From sequence record MT446392.1: DNA of 64,000 nt; one strand, 5' to 3'. Both the position numbers and the translations under genes were made by a program. The DNA comes from Escherichia virus TH15. Shown here in pieces: positions 29,254-37,668 of this stretch (position 1 is its first letter; each line of letters opens with the position of its first letter). The notes beneath the pieces are model-generated. The model had not been told where the DNA came from. It saw only the letters and a program-made list of their open reading frames with translations, and did no database searches.

Positions 29254-29278
29254 TGCTTTAATTTTATGGCTGTATAAT
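29252..29278 (+). promoter_or_regulatory. MotA-type middle promoter for uvsY
   Basis: aaTGCTTTA 29252-29260, 12-nt spacer, TATAAT 29273-29278, then GGTTCTAGACCC cassette. Confidence 0.55.
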
Positions 29279-29306
29279 GGTTCTAGACCCTTACATTGGA
29301 TACATT

Positions 29307-29741
29307 ATGAAAACAGAGATTGAATATAAGTTGGAAGTATTTCAGGATGAGTTGGATGCAGATTTAAAAATTGATGGTACACAAATTCAATATGAAACAC
29401 AAAACAACGTTTTGTTGCATAGCAAATGGTTGAGATTGTATACCAACTGCAAGAAAGAAATAATGCGTCTTGAGATTCAGAAGAAAACTGCACTGAAAAA
29501 ACGACTAGACCATTATACAGGAAGGGGTGACCCAGGGGAAGAAGTATGCATGGATGTGTACGAGAAGTCAGAATTGAAAACAGTCATGGCCGCAGATTCA
29601 AGCGTGCTTAAGATTGATACTTCAATTCAATATTGGGCACTGCTCCAGGACTTCTGTAGCGCTGCATTAGATGGTGTTAAGTCGCGAAGTTTCGCACTTA
29701 AACATATGTTAGAAATAAGACAATTCGAGGCAGGTAAATGA
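29307..29741 (+). CDS. uvsY: recombination mediator UvsY
   Basis: 144 aa from ATG 29307 (track ATG 29277 lies inside the -10 box); resembles T4 UvsY (137 aa) as recalled. Confidence 0.85.
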   Translation: MKTEIEYKLEVFQDELDADLKIDGTQIQYETQNNVLLHSKWLRLYTNCKKEIMRLEIQKKTALKKRLDHYTGRGDPGEEVCMDVYEKSELKTVMAADSSVLKIDTSIQYWALLQDFCSAALDGVKSRSFALKHMLEIRQFEAGK

Positions 29742-29842
29742 TTGGTTGTCGTAAAGCAAATATTAGAAAACCATTAAAACCTTCTGAAGAGAAGATGCGT
29801 AAATTTCAACAGTTTATTAATGCCGCATTAAAGAAGCACTAA
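29738..29842 (+). CDS. small basic ORF, 34 aa (uvsY.-1 position)
   Basis: ATG overlapping uvsY stop; below track cutoff. Confidence 0.3.
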   Translation: MIGCRKANIRKPLKPSEEKMRKFQQFINAALKKH

Positions 29843-29874
29843 ATAGATATGTAAGTTTAACTGAGGAGACAATC

Positions 29875-30042
29875 ATGTCAGATAAGATTTGTGTTGTCTG
29901 TAAAACTCCAATCGATTCTGCATTGGTTGTGGATACAGACCAAGGTCCGGTGCATCCGGGCGCCTGTTATAATTATGTTCAGAGTTTGCCAGTTACGGAA
30001 AATACAGAAGAGCAACTGAACGAGACCCAACTTTTAATTTAG
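29875..30042 (+). CDS. small Cys-containing ORF, 55 aa (uvsY.-2 position)
   Basis: GAGGAG RBS; CVVC...PGAC motif suggests a mini zinc-binding fold. Confidence 0.4.
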   Translation: MSDKICVVCKTPIDSALVVDTDQGPVHPGACYNYVQSLPVTENTEEQLNETQLLI

Positions 30043-30099
30043 CTAGTGTTGTTAACCATTTTGGTTTTGCCCCTTCCTTTTTGGTTGGGGCCTTTTTAT

Positions 30100-30327
30100 T
30101 TAGAAATCTTCGTCTTCTTCGTCGTCCATATCCTCAAGCTCGGCACGTTTACCTGCTAGAGCATCGCGAACACTGATATCATCGGAATCTTTCAATTCAG
30201 CTTCTTTGCTGCGCTTTTTATAATAACTTTCCAGCTCCTTCAGACCGTCCATAGTCTGACAAGAACCTATCTTAGACATGAAGCTTTCAATTGTCGCTTC
30301 ATACATAATTTCTTCAAATGACTTCAT
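30100..30327 (-). CDS. uvsW.1: hypothetical acidic protein, 75 aa (uvsW.1 position)
   Basis: ORF with AGGTGGA RBS; ATG overlaps uvsW stop. Confidence 0.6.
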   Translation of the reverse strand: MKSFEEIMYEATIESFMSKIGSCQTMDGLKELESYYKKRSKEAELKDSDDISVRDALAGKRAELEDMDDEEDEDF

Positions 30328-31826
30328 TATATTTCCACCTGTTTAATGATATAATTGAATTTTTCGTCTGCATACCGCTGAATACGTTCTAATGCATGTT
30401 TCAGTGCAAAGTTCAAGTGAACATATTTCTTTTTAGCGTTTGCTGTTTTAGGTTTGACCCCCATGTCGTCCACGATGTCCCACACGTTTGCGGTCGATTT
30501 GGATTCATGTTTTCGAAGTACACGACCAATTGTCTGGAGTACAATTACCTTTGACTTGACCGGGTGAGCGAAAATAATATGATGGAGGTTTTTAACGGAA
30601 ATCCCCGTCGAGAATACACCATATGAAGCTACAACGATAATTCCCTTTCCATTCTCTGCCATGACCTTTAATGCGTTACGTGTTTCTGTATCAACTTCCC
30701 CGGAAACATAATACACTTTCTCATGACCTGCTTCCTTAAGCATTTCAAACATCGATTTACCGTGCTCGATATTCTTAAACATCAAAAAGACGTTTTCATC
30801 TTTTTTAGCAAGCTTGAGCGCAAGGTTTGTTACCCATTTATTTCGGCGTGTAGCTTTTGTAATTACCTTGATTTCATCTTGGTAAGATTTGCCTTTCATT
30901 TTAACGGTGAATTCATCAGGGTAACGAAGGAAAATACTATTTATCTTAAGGTCAGTAACTTGGCCTTCATCCATTAATTGGGATGTGGATACTGGTTTAA
31001 AGATATCACCAAACAGACCCATATATTGCATAAGGTTTGCTTTGCCGTCACGGAGAGAACCAGAGAGACCAAATTTAAACATACAATTAGTCAGGCCTTC
31101 GATAACAGTCGAAATGGATTTACCAGTAGCCATATGGCATTCATCATTCATAAACTGACCGAACTGTGAAAACCATTCTTTAGGTTGTTTTACTGCCGTC
31201 TGATAAGTAGACACATAAATCATTGCATCCGAATCACGTTTAGTTCCGGAACGGATACCGAGACAAGCTTCTCGAGGGAACAATCTATAATCAACAAAGT
31301 CATTAATCATCTGGTCAACGAGCGCAGTTGTAGGTACAAGGATAAGAACCTTGCCTTCATAGTTCTCAAGATAATATCGCGCCAGAAGCGCCTGGATGAG
31401 GCTTTTACCTGCAGACGTAGGTAAGTTCAATATTTTTCTTCTGTTGACCAGACCGTCGTATACGGCGTCTGTTTGGTACCAATGGGGAGTAATCTTGGTA
31501 TGGCCTGAATAGATTTCTTTTGACTCGACCCATTTATCAAAATCCGCACGAGAGATTTCCTCTTTCTCGGTGATTTGAGGGTCAATCCAAAATGAATAAC
31601 CAAACTGGTCAGCGAATTTTTTAATCTGGTTAACTAAGCCGTACGGTAATTTACGGTTATAATCCAGGAGACGGATACGTCCGTCCCAAACTCCCGCTTT
31701 GAATTTAGGGTTAAACCGATAGTTTTCGGCTTCAAAACTGAAATAGTCACGGAGTTCATAGAAGATACTATCTTCACATTCAACATGTACATGACTAAAA
31801 TTTAAAAAGTTGATTTTGATATCCAT
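30327..31826 (-). CDS. uvsW: DNA/RNA helicase UvsW (SF2)
   Basis: 499 aa from ATG at 31826 (track start 31865 is a TTG); Walker A LPTSAGKS, DECH box; resembles T4 UvsW as recalled. Confidence 0.88.
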   Translation of the reverse strand: MDIKINFLNFSHVHVECEDSIFYELRDYFSFEAENYRFNPKFKAGVWDGRIRLLDYNRKLPYGLVNQIKKFADQFGYSFWIDPQITEKEEISRADFDKWVESKEIYSGHTKITPHWYQTDAVYDGLVNRRKILNLPTSAGKSLIQALLARYYLENYEGKVLILVPTTALVDQMINDFVDYRLFPREACLGIRSGTKRDSDAMIYVSTYQTAVKQPKEWFSQFGQFMNDECHMATGKSISTVIEGLTNCMFKFGLSGSLRDGKANLMQYMGLFGDIFKPVSTSQLMDEGQVTDLKINSIFLRYPDEFTVKMKGKSYQDEIKVITKATRRNKWVTNLALKLAKKDENVFLMFKNIEHGKSMFEMLKEAGHEKVYYVSGEVDTETRNALKVMAENGKGIIVVASYGVFSTGISVKNLHHIIFAHPVKSKVIVLQTIGRVLRKHESKSTANVWDIVDDMGVKPKTANAKKKYVHLNFALKHALERIQRYADEKFNYIIKQVEI

Positions 31827-31880
31827 GATGATTCCAAGGTAATAAATATATCTATATTTATACAATAACCGAGGTTCATT

Positions 31881-32561
31881 ATGATTGATAAGAACTATAT
31901 TGAGGAAATTCGTGTCCTCGAGAAAAAAGAAGCCAAAGAAAAATTAGCTGAATATGCATCATCGCTTGGTGTTGATGTTAAGAAAACAAAAACTTTCGAT
32001 AATATGTTGATTGACCTGGAAGCAGGCCTTAAGGCGTTTGCTGACATGCCTATGCCAGATGATAATGAAGGCCTGAGCATTACAGACCTTATCGATGCCG
32101 ATGATGAATTGTCTGGTGCTAAATTTGATGGTGATGATTCAGCCAAAGAAGAAGCCAAGCTCTTATTTGATGCTCCAGAAGCACCGGTTGAAGTAGTCGA
32201 AGTTACCCAGGAAGTTGTTCCTGAACCAGAAGTTAAACTCGTTGAAATTGAAGTACCATTTGTCTCCAAAGACTTTGAAGAAGCTGTTGCTCAAATCATC
32301 GAAGCTGAAACTCTTAAATTTACACTACCTAAAAACTTTAGCCCTAACCTGCTTATGTTGGGCAAAGCTCCTGGATACTGCACTCTCCCTTGGTGGATTT
32401 ACCAGTGGATTAAAGAGACTCCAGATTGGAAAGAACGTCCTACCTCTTTTGCTCATGCAAGCGCGCATCAAACTCTGTTTAGTCTGATTTATTATATCAA
32501 TCGCGATGGTTCGATTCTTATTCGCGAAACTCGCAACTCTTCTTTTGTTCGTTTAAATTAA
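31881..32561 (+). CDS. inh: Inh-like protein (inhibitor of prohead protease), acidic
   Basis: 226-aa ORF located between uvsW and hoc as inh is in T4; no motif verification. Confidence 0.55.
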   Translation: MIDKNYIEEIRVLEKKEAKEKLAEYASSLGVDVKKTKTFDNMLIDLEAGLKAFADMPMPDDNEGLSITDLIDADDELSGAKFDGDDSAKEEAKLLFDAPEAPVEVVEVTQEVVPEPEVKLVEIEVPFVSKDFEEAVAQIIEAETLKFTLPKNFSPNLLMLGKAPGYCTLPWWIYQWIKETPDWKERPTSFAHASAHQTLFSLIYYINRDGSILIRETRNSSFVRLN

Positions 32562-32563
32562 TA

Positions 32564-32586
32564 AGGGACCCTTCTGGTCCTTTTTA
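32564..32586 (+). terminator. putative terminator hairpin + U5
   Basis: GGGACC-cttct-GGTCCT followed by TTTTT. Confidence 0.5.
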
Positions 32587-32595
32587 GGAGATAAT

Positions 32596-33723
32596 ATGGC
32601 TTTTATTGTATCTATTGCAGGTTCAGCCTCAATGAAAATTGGCGATAGCGCCAACTATACCGCTACTGCATCAGGAGCAGCGGTGGAAGGAACTGTCACA
32701 TATGTATGGACTATTGATGGCGCCTCAAATCCAGAATCAACTAACGTTCTTCGTTATACGGGTACTGCTCCCGCGGGAAAGAAAATTTTAAAAGTAGTCG
32801 CGACTTCCACACCGGCTGAAGGTGAGCCTGAAGTAGCCGAAAATACTTTTGAAGTAAATGTATCTAATAAAACTATGAGTATTTCTTTAGCTTTGGACCC
32901 AGTTTCTGTATCTAAAGAAATTGGCCAATCTCAAGTTGTTACTGCTAACGTAACAGGTGCTCCTTCTGGAGCCACGATTGCTTATGTTTGGAAACGCAAT
33001 TCTAATGTAATCGCAGGTCAAACTGGTAAAACTATTACCGTAACCGAAGCAGCAGAAGCAAATTATACTTTGAACTGTGAAGTTACGGTTACTGCTCCTG
33101 AATATGATTCAGCTACTGCTACTAAAGGCGCGACGGTAACTTTTGCCAAGAAAACAATGTCAGGTGTTTCTGTTGTTTTAACACCGGAATCAATTAATGT
33201 TCCTAAAGATACACCAGCATCATTTAAGGCCGATGTAGTCGGTGCACCGAGTGAAGCATCCGGTGTTTATACATGGAAAAAAGATGGTTCTCCTGTTGAA
33301 GGTTCAACTTCCACTTTGACAATTGATACAAGTACCGAAGGTTCTCAAGTCATTGAAGTTTCGGTTGTTGTTTCTGCGCCCGATTATAAATCAGTAACAG
33401 TGACAACAACAGGTAATGTTACTATAACAGCTAAAGTTGCGCCGGAACCAGAAGGGGAACTTCCATATATTCATCCATTACCAGTTCGCAATTCAGCATA
33501 TATTTGGGCCGGTTGGTGGGTTATGGATGAGATTCAGAAGATGACTCTTGCTGGTAAAGACTGGAAAACCGATGAACCTGATAGTAATTATTATCTTCAT
33601 CGATACACTCTTGCCAAAATGCTTAATGATTATCCAGAGGTTGATGTACAAGAATCTCGCAATGGTCGAATTATTCATCGCACCGCGCTTGACGCTGGTA
33701 TTATCTACGACTACGTATATTAA
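32596..33723 (+). CDS. hoc: highly immunogenic outer capsid protein Hoc
   Basis: 375-aa ORF (T4 Hoc 376 aa); Ig-like repeats and conserved C-terminal capsid-binding region (GWWVMDEIQK...EVDVQESRNG). Confidence 0.85.
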   Translation: MAFIVSIAGSASMKIGDSANYTATASGAAVEGTVTYVWTIDGASNPESTNVLRYTGTAPAGKKILKVVATSTPAEGEPEVAENTFEVNVSNKTMSISLALDPVSVSKEIGQSQVVTANVTGAPSGATIAYVWKRNSNVIAGQTGKTITVTEAAEANYTLNCEVTVTAPEYDSATATKGATVTFAKKTMSGVSVVLTPESINVPKDTPASFKADVVGAPSEASGVYTWKKDGSPVEGSTSTLTIDTSTEGSQVIEVSVVVSAPDYKSVTVTTTGNVTITAKVAPEPEGELPYIHPLPVRNSAYIWAGWWVMDEIQKMTLAGKDWKTDEPDSNYYLHRYTLAKMLNDYPEVDVQESRNGRIIHRTALDAGIIYDYVY

Positions 33724-33752
33724 AAAAGAAAGGGCCTTGCGGCCCTTTTTTA
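33724..33752. terminator. bidirectional terminator (GGGCCUUGCGGCCC)
   Basis: Hairpin flanked by A6 and T6 between convergent hoc and hoc-like gene. Confidence 0.8.
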
Positions 33753-33753
33753 T

Positions 33754-34620
33754 TTACCAAACTAAATCCTTTTTACCTAAAATATATCCGTTTCTTGATT
33801 CCTGTACTTCAATATCAGGATATTTCTCAAGCATTTCTGCTATCTTAGCAAGCTCACATTTGTATTTAAATCTATCGTGCATAGGATTCTTATGCCATTC
33901 AAAGCCTTCTATCAAAGCCTCTAAAATCTCATCATGAACCCACCAGCCAATCCACATATAAACTTTATTTCGACCACCACTTAAATGACTAAGATGCTCA
34001 TACTGATTAAGGTCATGAACATAGATATCTTTACATTCTATAGTAGTAGAAGGAGGAACTAATTGAATGTCAATTAGAGCTGTTGTTTCTTTATATCCAC
34101 CATGACTAAATGCTGTAGTAGATAATGTATAAGTTCCGTAATAAGAATCATCTTCAACAGTAAGACTAAATTGTTCATCAGTTCCTATTTGAATGCCATT
34201 ACGAAGCCAAACACACTTTCTATGAACCCATGTTGGCTCTACTATACACTGAGGAGCAAAATGGACCTGGCCGCCTATAGGAACTTCTATATAAAGTCTA
34301 GTTTTAAACTGTATTGTCGGTTCTCTAAGTTCTTCGCCTATTTCTAATTGAATTCTATTAGTTCTATACATCTCCCCTGTTGACTTAACGCCTAAAAGAG
34401 CGTAATATTCTCCTTCGGCTGGATAACCGACATCCCATAAATTTAGAGTCCATGGGTTTTCAGAATCCAACTTAGGTATAAGAACTACATCTTTATACCA
34501 TGCTACGTGAATATCATCAGGATGTATATTTACAGGCAAAGAAATCTCGGATAAATCAAATGTAATATCTTGACCTATCTGAGCATAATGAGGACCATGC
34601 ATAACGGCATATAATTTCAT
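33754..34620 (-). CDS. Hoc paralog: novel N-terminal region fused to Hoc-type C-terminal capsid-binding domain
   Basis: 288-aa ORF; C-terminal ~65 aa share YMWIGWWVHDEI...YPDIEVQESRNGYI with Hoc; RBS GGAGA overlaps stop of upstream collagen-like gene. Confidence 0.7.
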   Translation of the reverse strand: MKLYAVMHGPHYAQIGQDITFDLSEISLPVNIHPDDIHVAWYKDVVLIPKLDSENPWTLNLWDVGYPAEGEYYALLGVKSTGEMYRTNRIQLEIGEELREPTIQFKTRLYIEVPIGGQVHFAPQCIVEPTWVHRKCVWLRNGIQIGTDEQFSLTVEDDSYYGTYTLSTTAFSHGGYKETTALIDIQLVPPSTTIECKDIYVHDLNQYEHLSHLSGGRNKVYMWIGWWVHDEILEALIEGFEWHKNPMHDRFKYKCELAKIAEMLEKYPDIEVQESRNGYILGKKDLVW

Positions 34621-34629
34621 GGGTTCTCC

Positions 34630-35949
34630 TTAAGATGCAAATATTATAGGTATACGCCCATGATTATTATTTTTAATAACCTGAATATAGATGTCAGAAT
34701 CAACATAATCATTTAAAGACCCGGTTGGAAGCATTTTTAAAGTATACCAAAAACCTGTGGCTTTATCTATAATTTCTGCAGTTGAACCTTCTCGACACTT
34801 ATCAAAAGAAATGTTATCCCATGTTACCCATGAGCTAGTCAGGTTTAAATTATTATCTGACTTGTTTTCTAAGCCAACCGCGTCATAGTTTGTGGTTCTA
34901 CGATAAGAATATGAAGCTGGCAAAGAGTCATTAAATCTTTTGACACTGATATCAAATGTGTTTTTAGTTGTGACTTTATATTTCATAGAAATATTAGTAT
35001 CAGCTAGTTTGACCGTGGCTTCAGCATTAGGAGAAGACATTGAATTAAAGCTTAAAATAATTTCCCAATATTTCTTAGGTTCAAATGGTTTAAGCTTGTC
35101 ATATAATTCCTCTAATTGAGATTCTGTCAAGCTGCCAATATCAAGAGCAGGGCCTTGAGGGCCTTGTGCACCGTCTATACCATTTTTACCAGGGTCGCCT
35201 TTTAATCCTTGCAGGCCTTGTGGTCCTTGAGGGCCATCTGTTCCAGCAGGACCTTGGTCACCTTTATCTCCTTTATCACCCTTGTCTCCTTTTGCGCCAG
35301 CCGATGCCATTATGGCCCAATCGTCATTTGACGGCAACGGCGGAATACCGGTATGAGTCGTAAGACTAAAATAGGTAGCTCCTTGGTACGCTACGGCGTC
35401 ATTTGGTACATACTCAATAGATATATCATATTCACCTTTCCATATTAATCCTGTTGCTCCTGCGGGGCCCGGGTCGCCTTTAGGACCATCTAGACCATTT
35501 TTACCCGGGTCGCCTTTAGGACCTTGAATACCTTGAATACCTTGAGGGCCGGTAGCCCCATCAATGCCGTTAGTTCCATCAGCCCCTTTAGGACCTTGAA
35601 TACCAGGTGCACCATCCATCCCGTGTACACCTGCCAGGCCTTGGGGACCTTGTAGACCATCTATTCCAGCAGGACCTTGTGGTCCTGGGTCACCTTTTAA
35701 TCCTTGTGGGCCTTGAATGCCCTGGATACCTTGGTCGCCTTTTGGGCCTACTGCGCCATCAGAAATTCCTATAAATGTCTTTGCTTCTTCTGAAGTAGCT
35801 TTAGTTAAAAATTCTAAACTCCAATCGGTAGTTGAACTTGTCGTAATAAGGTCTTCTACTTGTTTTGTATTACCTGCCTCTGGATTTCTAATGGTTTTGC
35901 CAGAAAAGTTACCTCTACCATCATGCCCAAACAATCTTTCGTCAGCCAT
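34630..35949 (-). CDS. collagen-like repeat protein with C-terminal globular domain
   Basis: 439-aa ORF; two uninterrupted Gly-X-Y runs (33 and 16 triplets); late promoter and RBS upstream. Confidence 0.75.
   Translation of the reverse strand: MADERLFGHDGRGNFSGKTIRNPEAGNTKQVEDLITTSSTTDWSLEFLTKATSEEAKTFIGISDGAVGPKGDQGIQGIQGPQGLKGDPGPQGPAGIDGLQGPQGLAGVHGMDGAPGIQGPKGADGTNGIDGATGPQGIQGIQGPKGDPGKNGLDGPKGDPGPAGATGLIWKGEYDISIEYVPNDAVAYQGATYFSLTTHTGIPPLPSNDDWAIMASAGAKGDKGDKGDKGDQGPAGTDGPQGPQGLQGLKGDPGKNGIDGAQGPQGPALDIGSLTESQLEELYDKLKPFEPKKYWEIILSFNSMSSPNAEATVKLADTNISMKYKVTTKNTFDISVKRFNDSLPASYSYRRTTNYDAVGLENKSDNNLNLTSSWVTWDNISFDKCREGSTAEIIDKATGFWYTLKMLPTGSLNDYVDSDIYIQVIKNNNHGRIPIIFAS
35149..35298 (-). 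repeat. collagen Gly-X-Y coding repeat, block 2 (16 triplets incl. GDKGDKGDK)
   Basis: Same periodicity; encodes [19 protein letters not shown]... Confidence 0.8.
35449..35748 (-). repeat. collagen Gly-X-Y coding repeat, block 1 (33 triplets)
   Basis: Periodic GGN-NNN-NNN codons visible as CCNNNNNNN periodicity on + strand. Confidence 0.8.
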
Positions 35950-35984
35950 TGTATCTTCTCCAATTTATTTGAATAACACAATTG

Positions 35985-35992
35985 TATTTATA
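35985..35992 (-). promoter_or_regulatory. late promoter TATAAATA for collagen-like/Hoc-like operon
   Basis: Exact TATAAATA on - strand about 35 nt upstream of the collagen-like ATG. Confidence 0.5.
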
Positions 35993-36041
35993 CTGTTTAC
36001 AAGTTAAAAATTCTATGTTAGGATAGCTTCACTAACTCAAC

Positions 36042-36245
36042 ATGAGAATCATTATGGATAAGGTTAAAGTACATTTTTTACATGAATCGGGTATGACATT
36101 TATTGAAATCGCCAAGGTATTGGGCGGGACTGCTAAAGAAATGGCAAAGGCATGGGTTGATGTAGAACACGCCAAAACCAAATTTAAAGCCAAAGAGAAA
36201 GTTGTGTATCGTAAACGTTTGAATAACAAAAAGGTGAAGAAATGA
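36042..36245 (+). CDS. hypothetical basic protein, 67 aa (24.3 position)
   Basis: ORF; possible helix-turn-helix segment (MTFIEIAKVLGGTAKEMAK). Confidence 0.45.
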   Translation: MRIIMDKVKVHFLHESGMTFIEIAKVLGGTAKEMAKAWVDVEHAKTKFKAKEKVVYRKRLNNKKVKK

Positions 36246-36505
36246 CATTCGCAGAAGAACTACGCCAAATGGCCAAAGAGTCACAAGATAAAGTTGCAAA
36301 TGACTTTATTGCTATATTTCGCAAAGTGGCTATTGCCGCCGCCGAGAATGGCAAAGATGCTGTTAATATGGCAGTTTCTGAAAAAGAGTATGAAGAAGGA
36401 AACCGCGCAAAGATATCTGAATTTCTGCGAGCAGAAAAATTTACATCTTTTACCTGGAATTATGACTGGCAAGATAACAAACCAATGCTGTATGTAAAAT
36501 TCTGA
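36242..36505 (+). CDS. hypothetical protein, 87 aa (24.2 position)
   Basis: ORF with ATGA overlap. Confidence 0.5.
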   Translation: MTFAEELRQMAKESQDKVANDFIAIFRKVAIAAAENGKDAVNMAVSEKEYEEGNRAKISEFLRAEKFTSFTWNYDWQDNKPMLYVKF

Positions 36506-36508
36506 CCT

Positions 36509-36537
36509 TTTTGCTTCAAATAAAATTGTGGTATAAT
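36509..36537 (+). promoter_or_regulatory. MotA-type middle promoter for rnlB
   Basis: tTTGCTTcA 36509-36517, 14-nt spacer, TATAAT 36532-36537, then GGTTCTAGACCC cassette. Confidence 0.5.
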
Positions 36538-36634
36538 GGTTCTAGACCCTTTGAGACTATTAATTCCTTTCAGAGAAAGAAAGTATAGTGGGTCTAATTT
36601 ATAATGATATTTATAACATCAAAAGTGAGAGAAT

Positions 36635-37639
36635 ATGTTTAAGAAATATAACAGCCTTGAAAATCACTATAACAACAAGTTCATTGAAAAGATTCGCCTG
36701 CAAGGCTTCACCAGCGGTGAATGGGTAGCTCGTGAGAAAATTCATGGTACCAACTTTTCATTAATTATTGAACAAAATAATGTGACATGTGCGAAACGCA
36801 CTGGACCTATCCTACCTGCAGAAGATTTCTATGGCTACGAAATTGTACTCAAGAACTATGCAGATTCCATTAAAACTGTGCAGAGACTTTTACAGGATAT
36901 TAATTACCAATCATACCAAATTTATGGTGAGTTTGCTGGTACAGGTATCCAGAAGAATGTGGATTATGGCGACAAAGATTTCTATGTGTTTGATATCCGC
37001 GTTACTAAGGAAGATGGCTCTGAATCTGTTTTGACTGATTCATTGATGGAAGCCTTCTGTATTATCCATAAATTTAAGGTTGCCCCACGCCTGGCTACGG
37101 GTAGTTTTGAAGACTTGATTAAGCTCCCTAACGACCTGGATTCTGTGGTTCCTGATTACAATTTTACAGTAGATAATGCGGGTTTGACTACCGCGAATAC
37201 CACCGATTTTGACGCAAAGGTTGAAGGTAAAGTATTCACTGCAGAAGGGTATGTTCTTAAACCTGATACTCCTGCCTGGTTACCTAATGGTGAGCGCGTA
37301 GCGATTAAATGTAAGAACTCTAAATTCAGCGAAAAGAAAAAGTCTGATAAGCCTATCAAGGCTGCTGTTGTGTTGTCCCAGGAAGACCTGGACATTTTAT
37401 GGAAGTTTACCGATTATGTGACTGTTAACCGTATCAATAATGTTATCAGTAAAATTGGGGAAGTAACGCCAAAGGATTTTGGAAAGGTAATGGGTTTGAC
37501 TGTTCAAGATATTTTGGAAGAAGCGGGTCGGGAAGGCCTTGAATTAACCCAAACGGAAAATCCTGTTGAAGTTAAAAAGCAACTCATTGCAAATGTAAGA
37601 GATACATTAAGACATGTTTGGATTGCATTAATTAGTTAA
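36635..37639 (+). CDS. rnlB: RNA ligase 2
   Basis: 334-aa ORF, same length as T4 Rnl2; KIHGTN adenylation motif; near-identical N-terminus to T4 Rnl2 as recalled. Confidence 0.9.
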   Translation: MFKKYNSLENHYNNKFIEKIRLQGFTSGEWVAREKIHGTNFSLIIEQNNVTCAKRTGPILPAEDFYGYEIVLKNYADSIKTVQRLLQDINYQSYQIYGEFAGTGIQKNVDYGDKDFYVFDIRVTKEDGSESVLTDSLMEAFCIIHKFKVAPRLATGSFEDLIKLPNDLDSVVPDYNFTVDNAGLTTANTTDFDAKVEGKVFTAEGYVLKPDTPAWLPNGERVAIKCKNSKFSEKKKSDKPIKAAVVLSQEDLDILWKFTDYVTVNRINNVISKIGEVTPKDFGKVMGLTVQDILEEAGREGLELTQTENPVEVKKQLIANVRDTLRHVWIALIS

Positions 37640-37640
37640 T

Positions 37641-37668
37641 AAAAAAGGGCCGCAAGGCCCTTATTCTT
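37641..37668. terminator. bidirectional terminator (GGGCCGCAAGGCCC)
   Basis: Hairpin flanked by A-run and T-run between convergent rnlB and the gene 24 paralog. Confidence 0.7.

Noticed and set aside
29277-29306. Upstream ATG at 29277 as the uvsY start (track ORF 29277-29741)
   Set aside because: This ATG is part of the TATAATGG -10 box of the predicted promoter, so it would not be in the transcript; ATG 29307 gives an N-terminus matching UvsY
31827-31865. Track start of uvsW at 31865
   Set aside because: The codon at 31863-31865 is TTG on the - strand, not ATG; the conserved UvsW N-terminus MDIKINF begins at the ATG at 31826
35149-35748. Periodic short repeats that could be mistaken for a CRISPR-like or tandem-repeat array
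   Set aside because: The periodicity is 9 nt (Gly-X-Y codons) inside a continuous ORF; there are no direct repeats of 25-40 nt separated by unique spacers anywhere in the window
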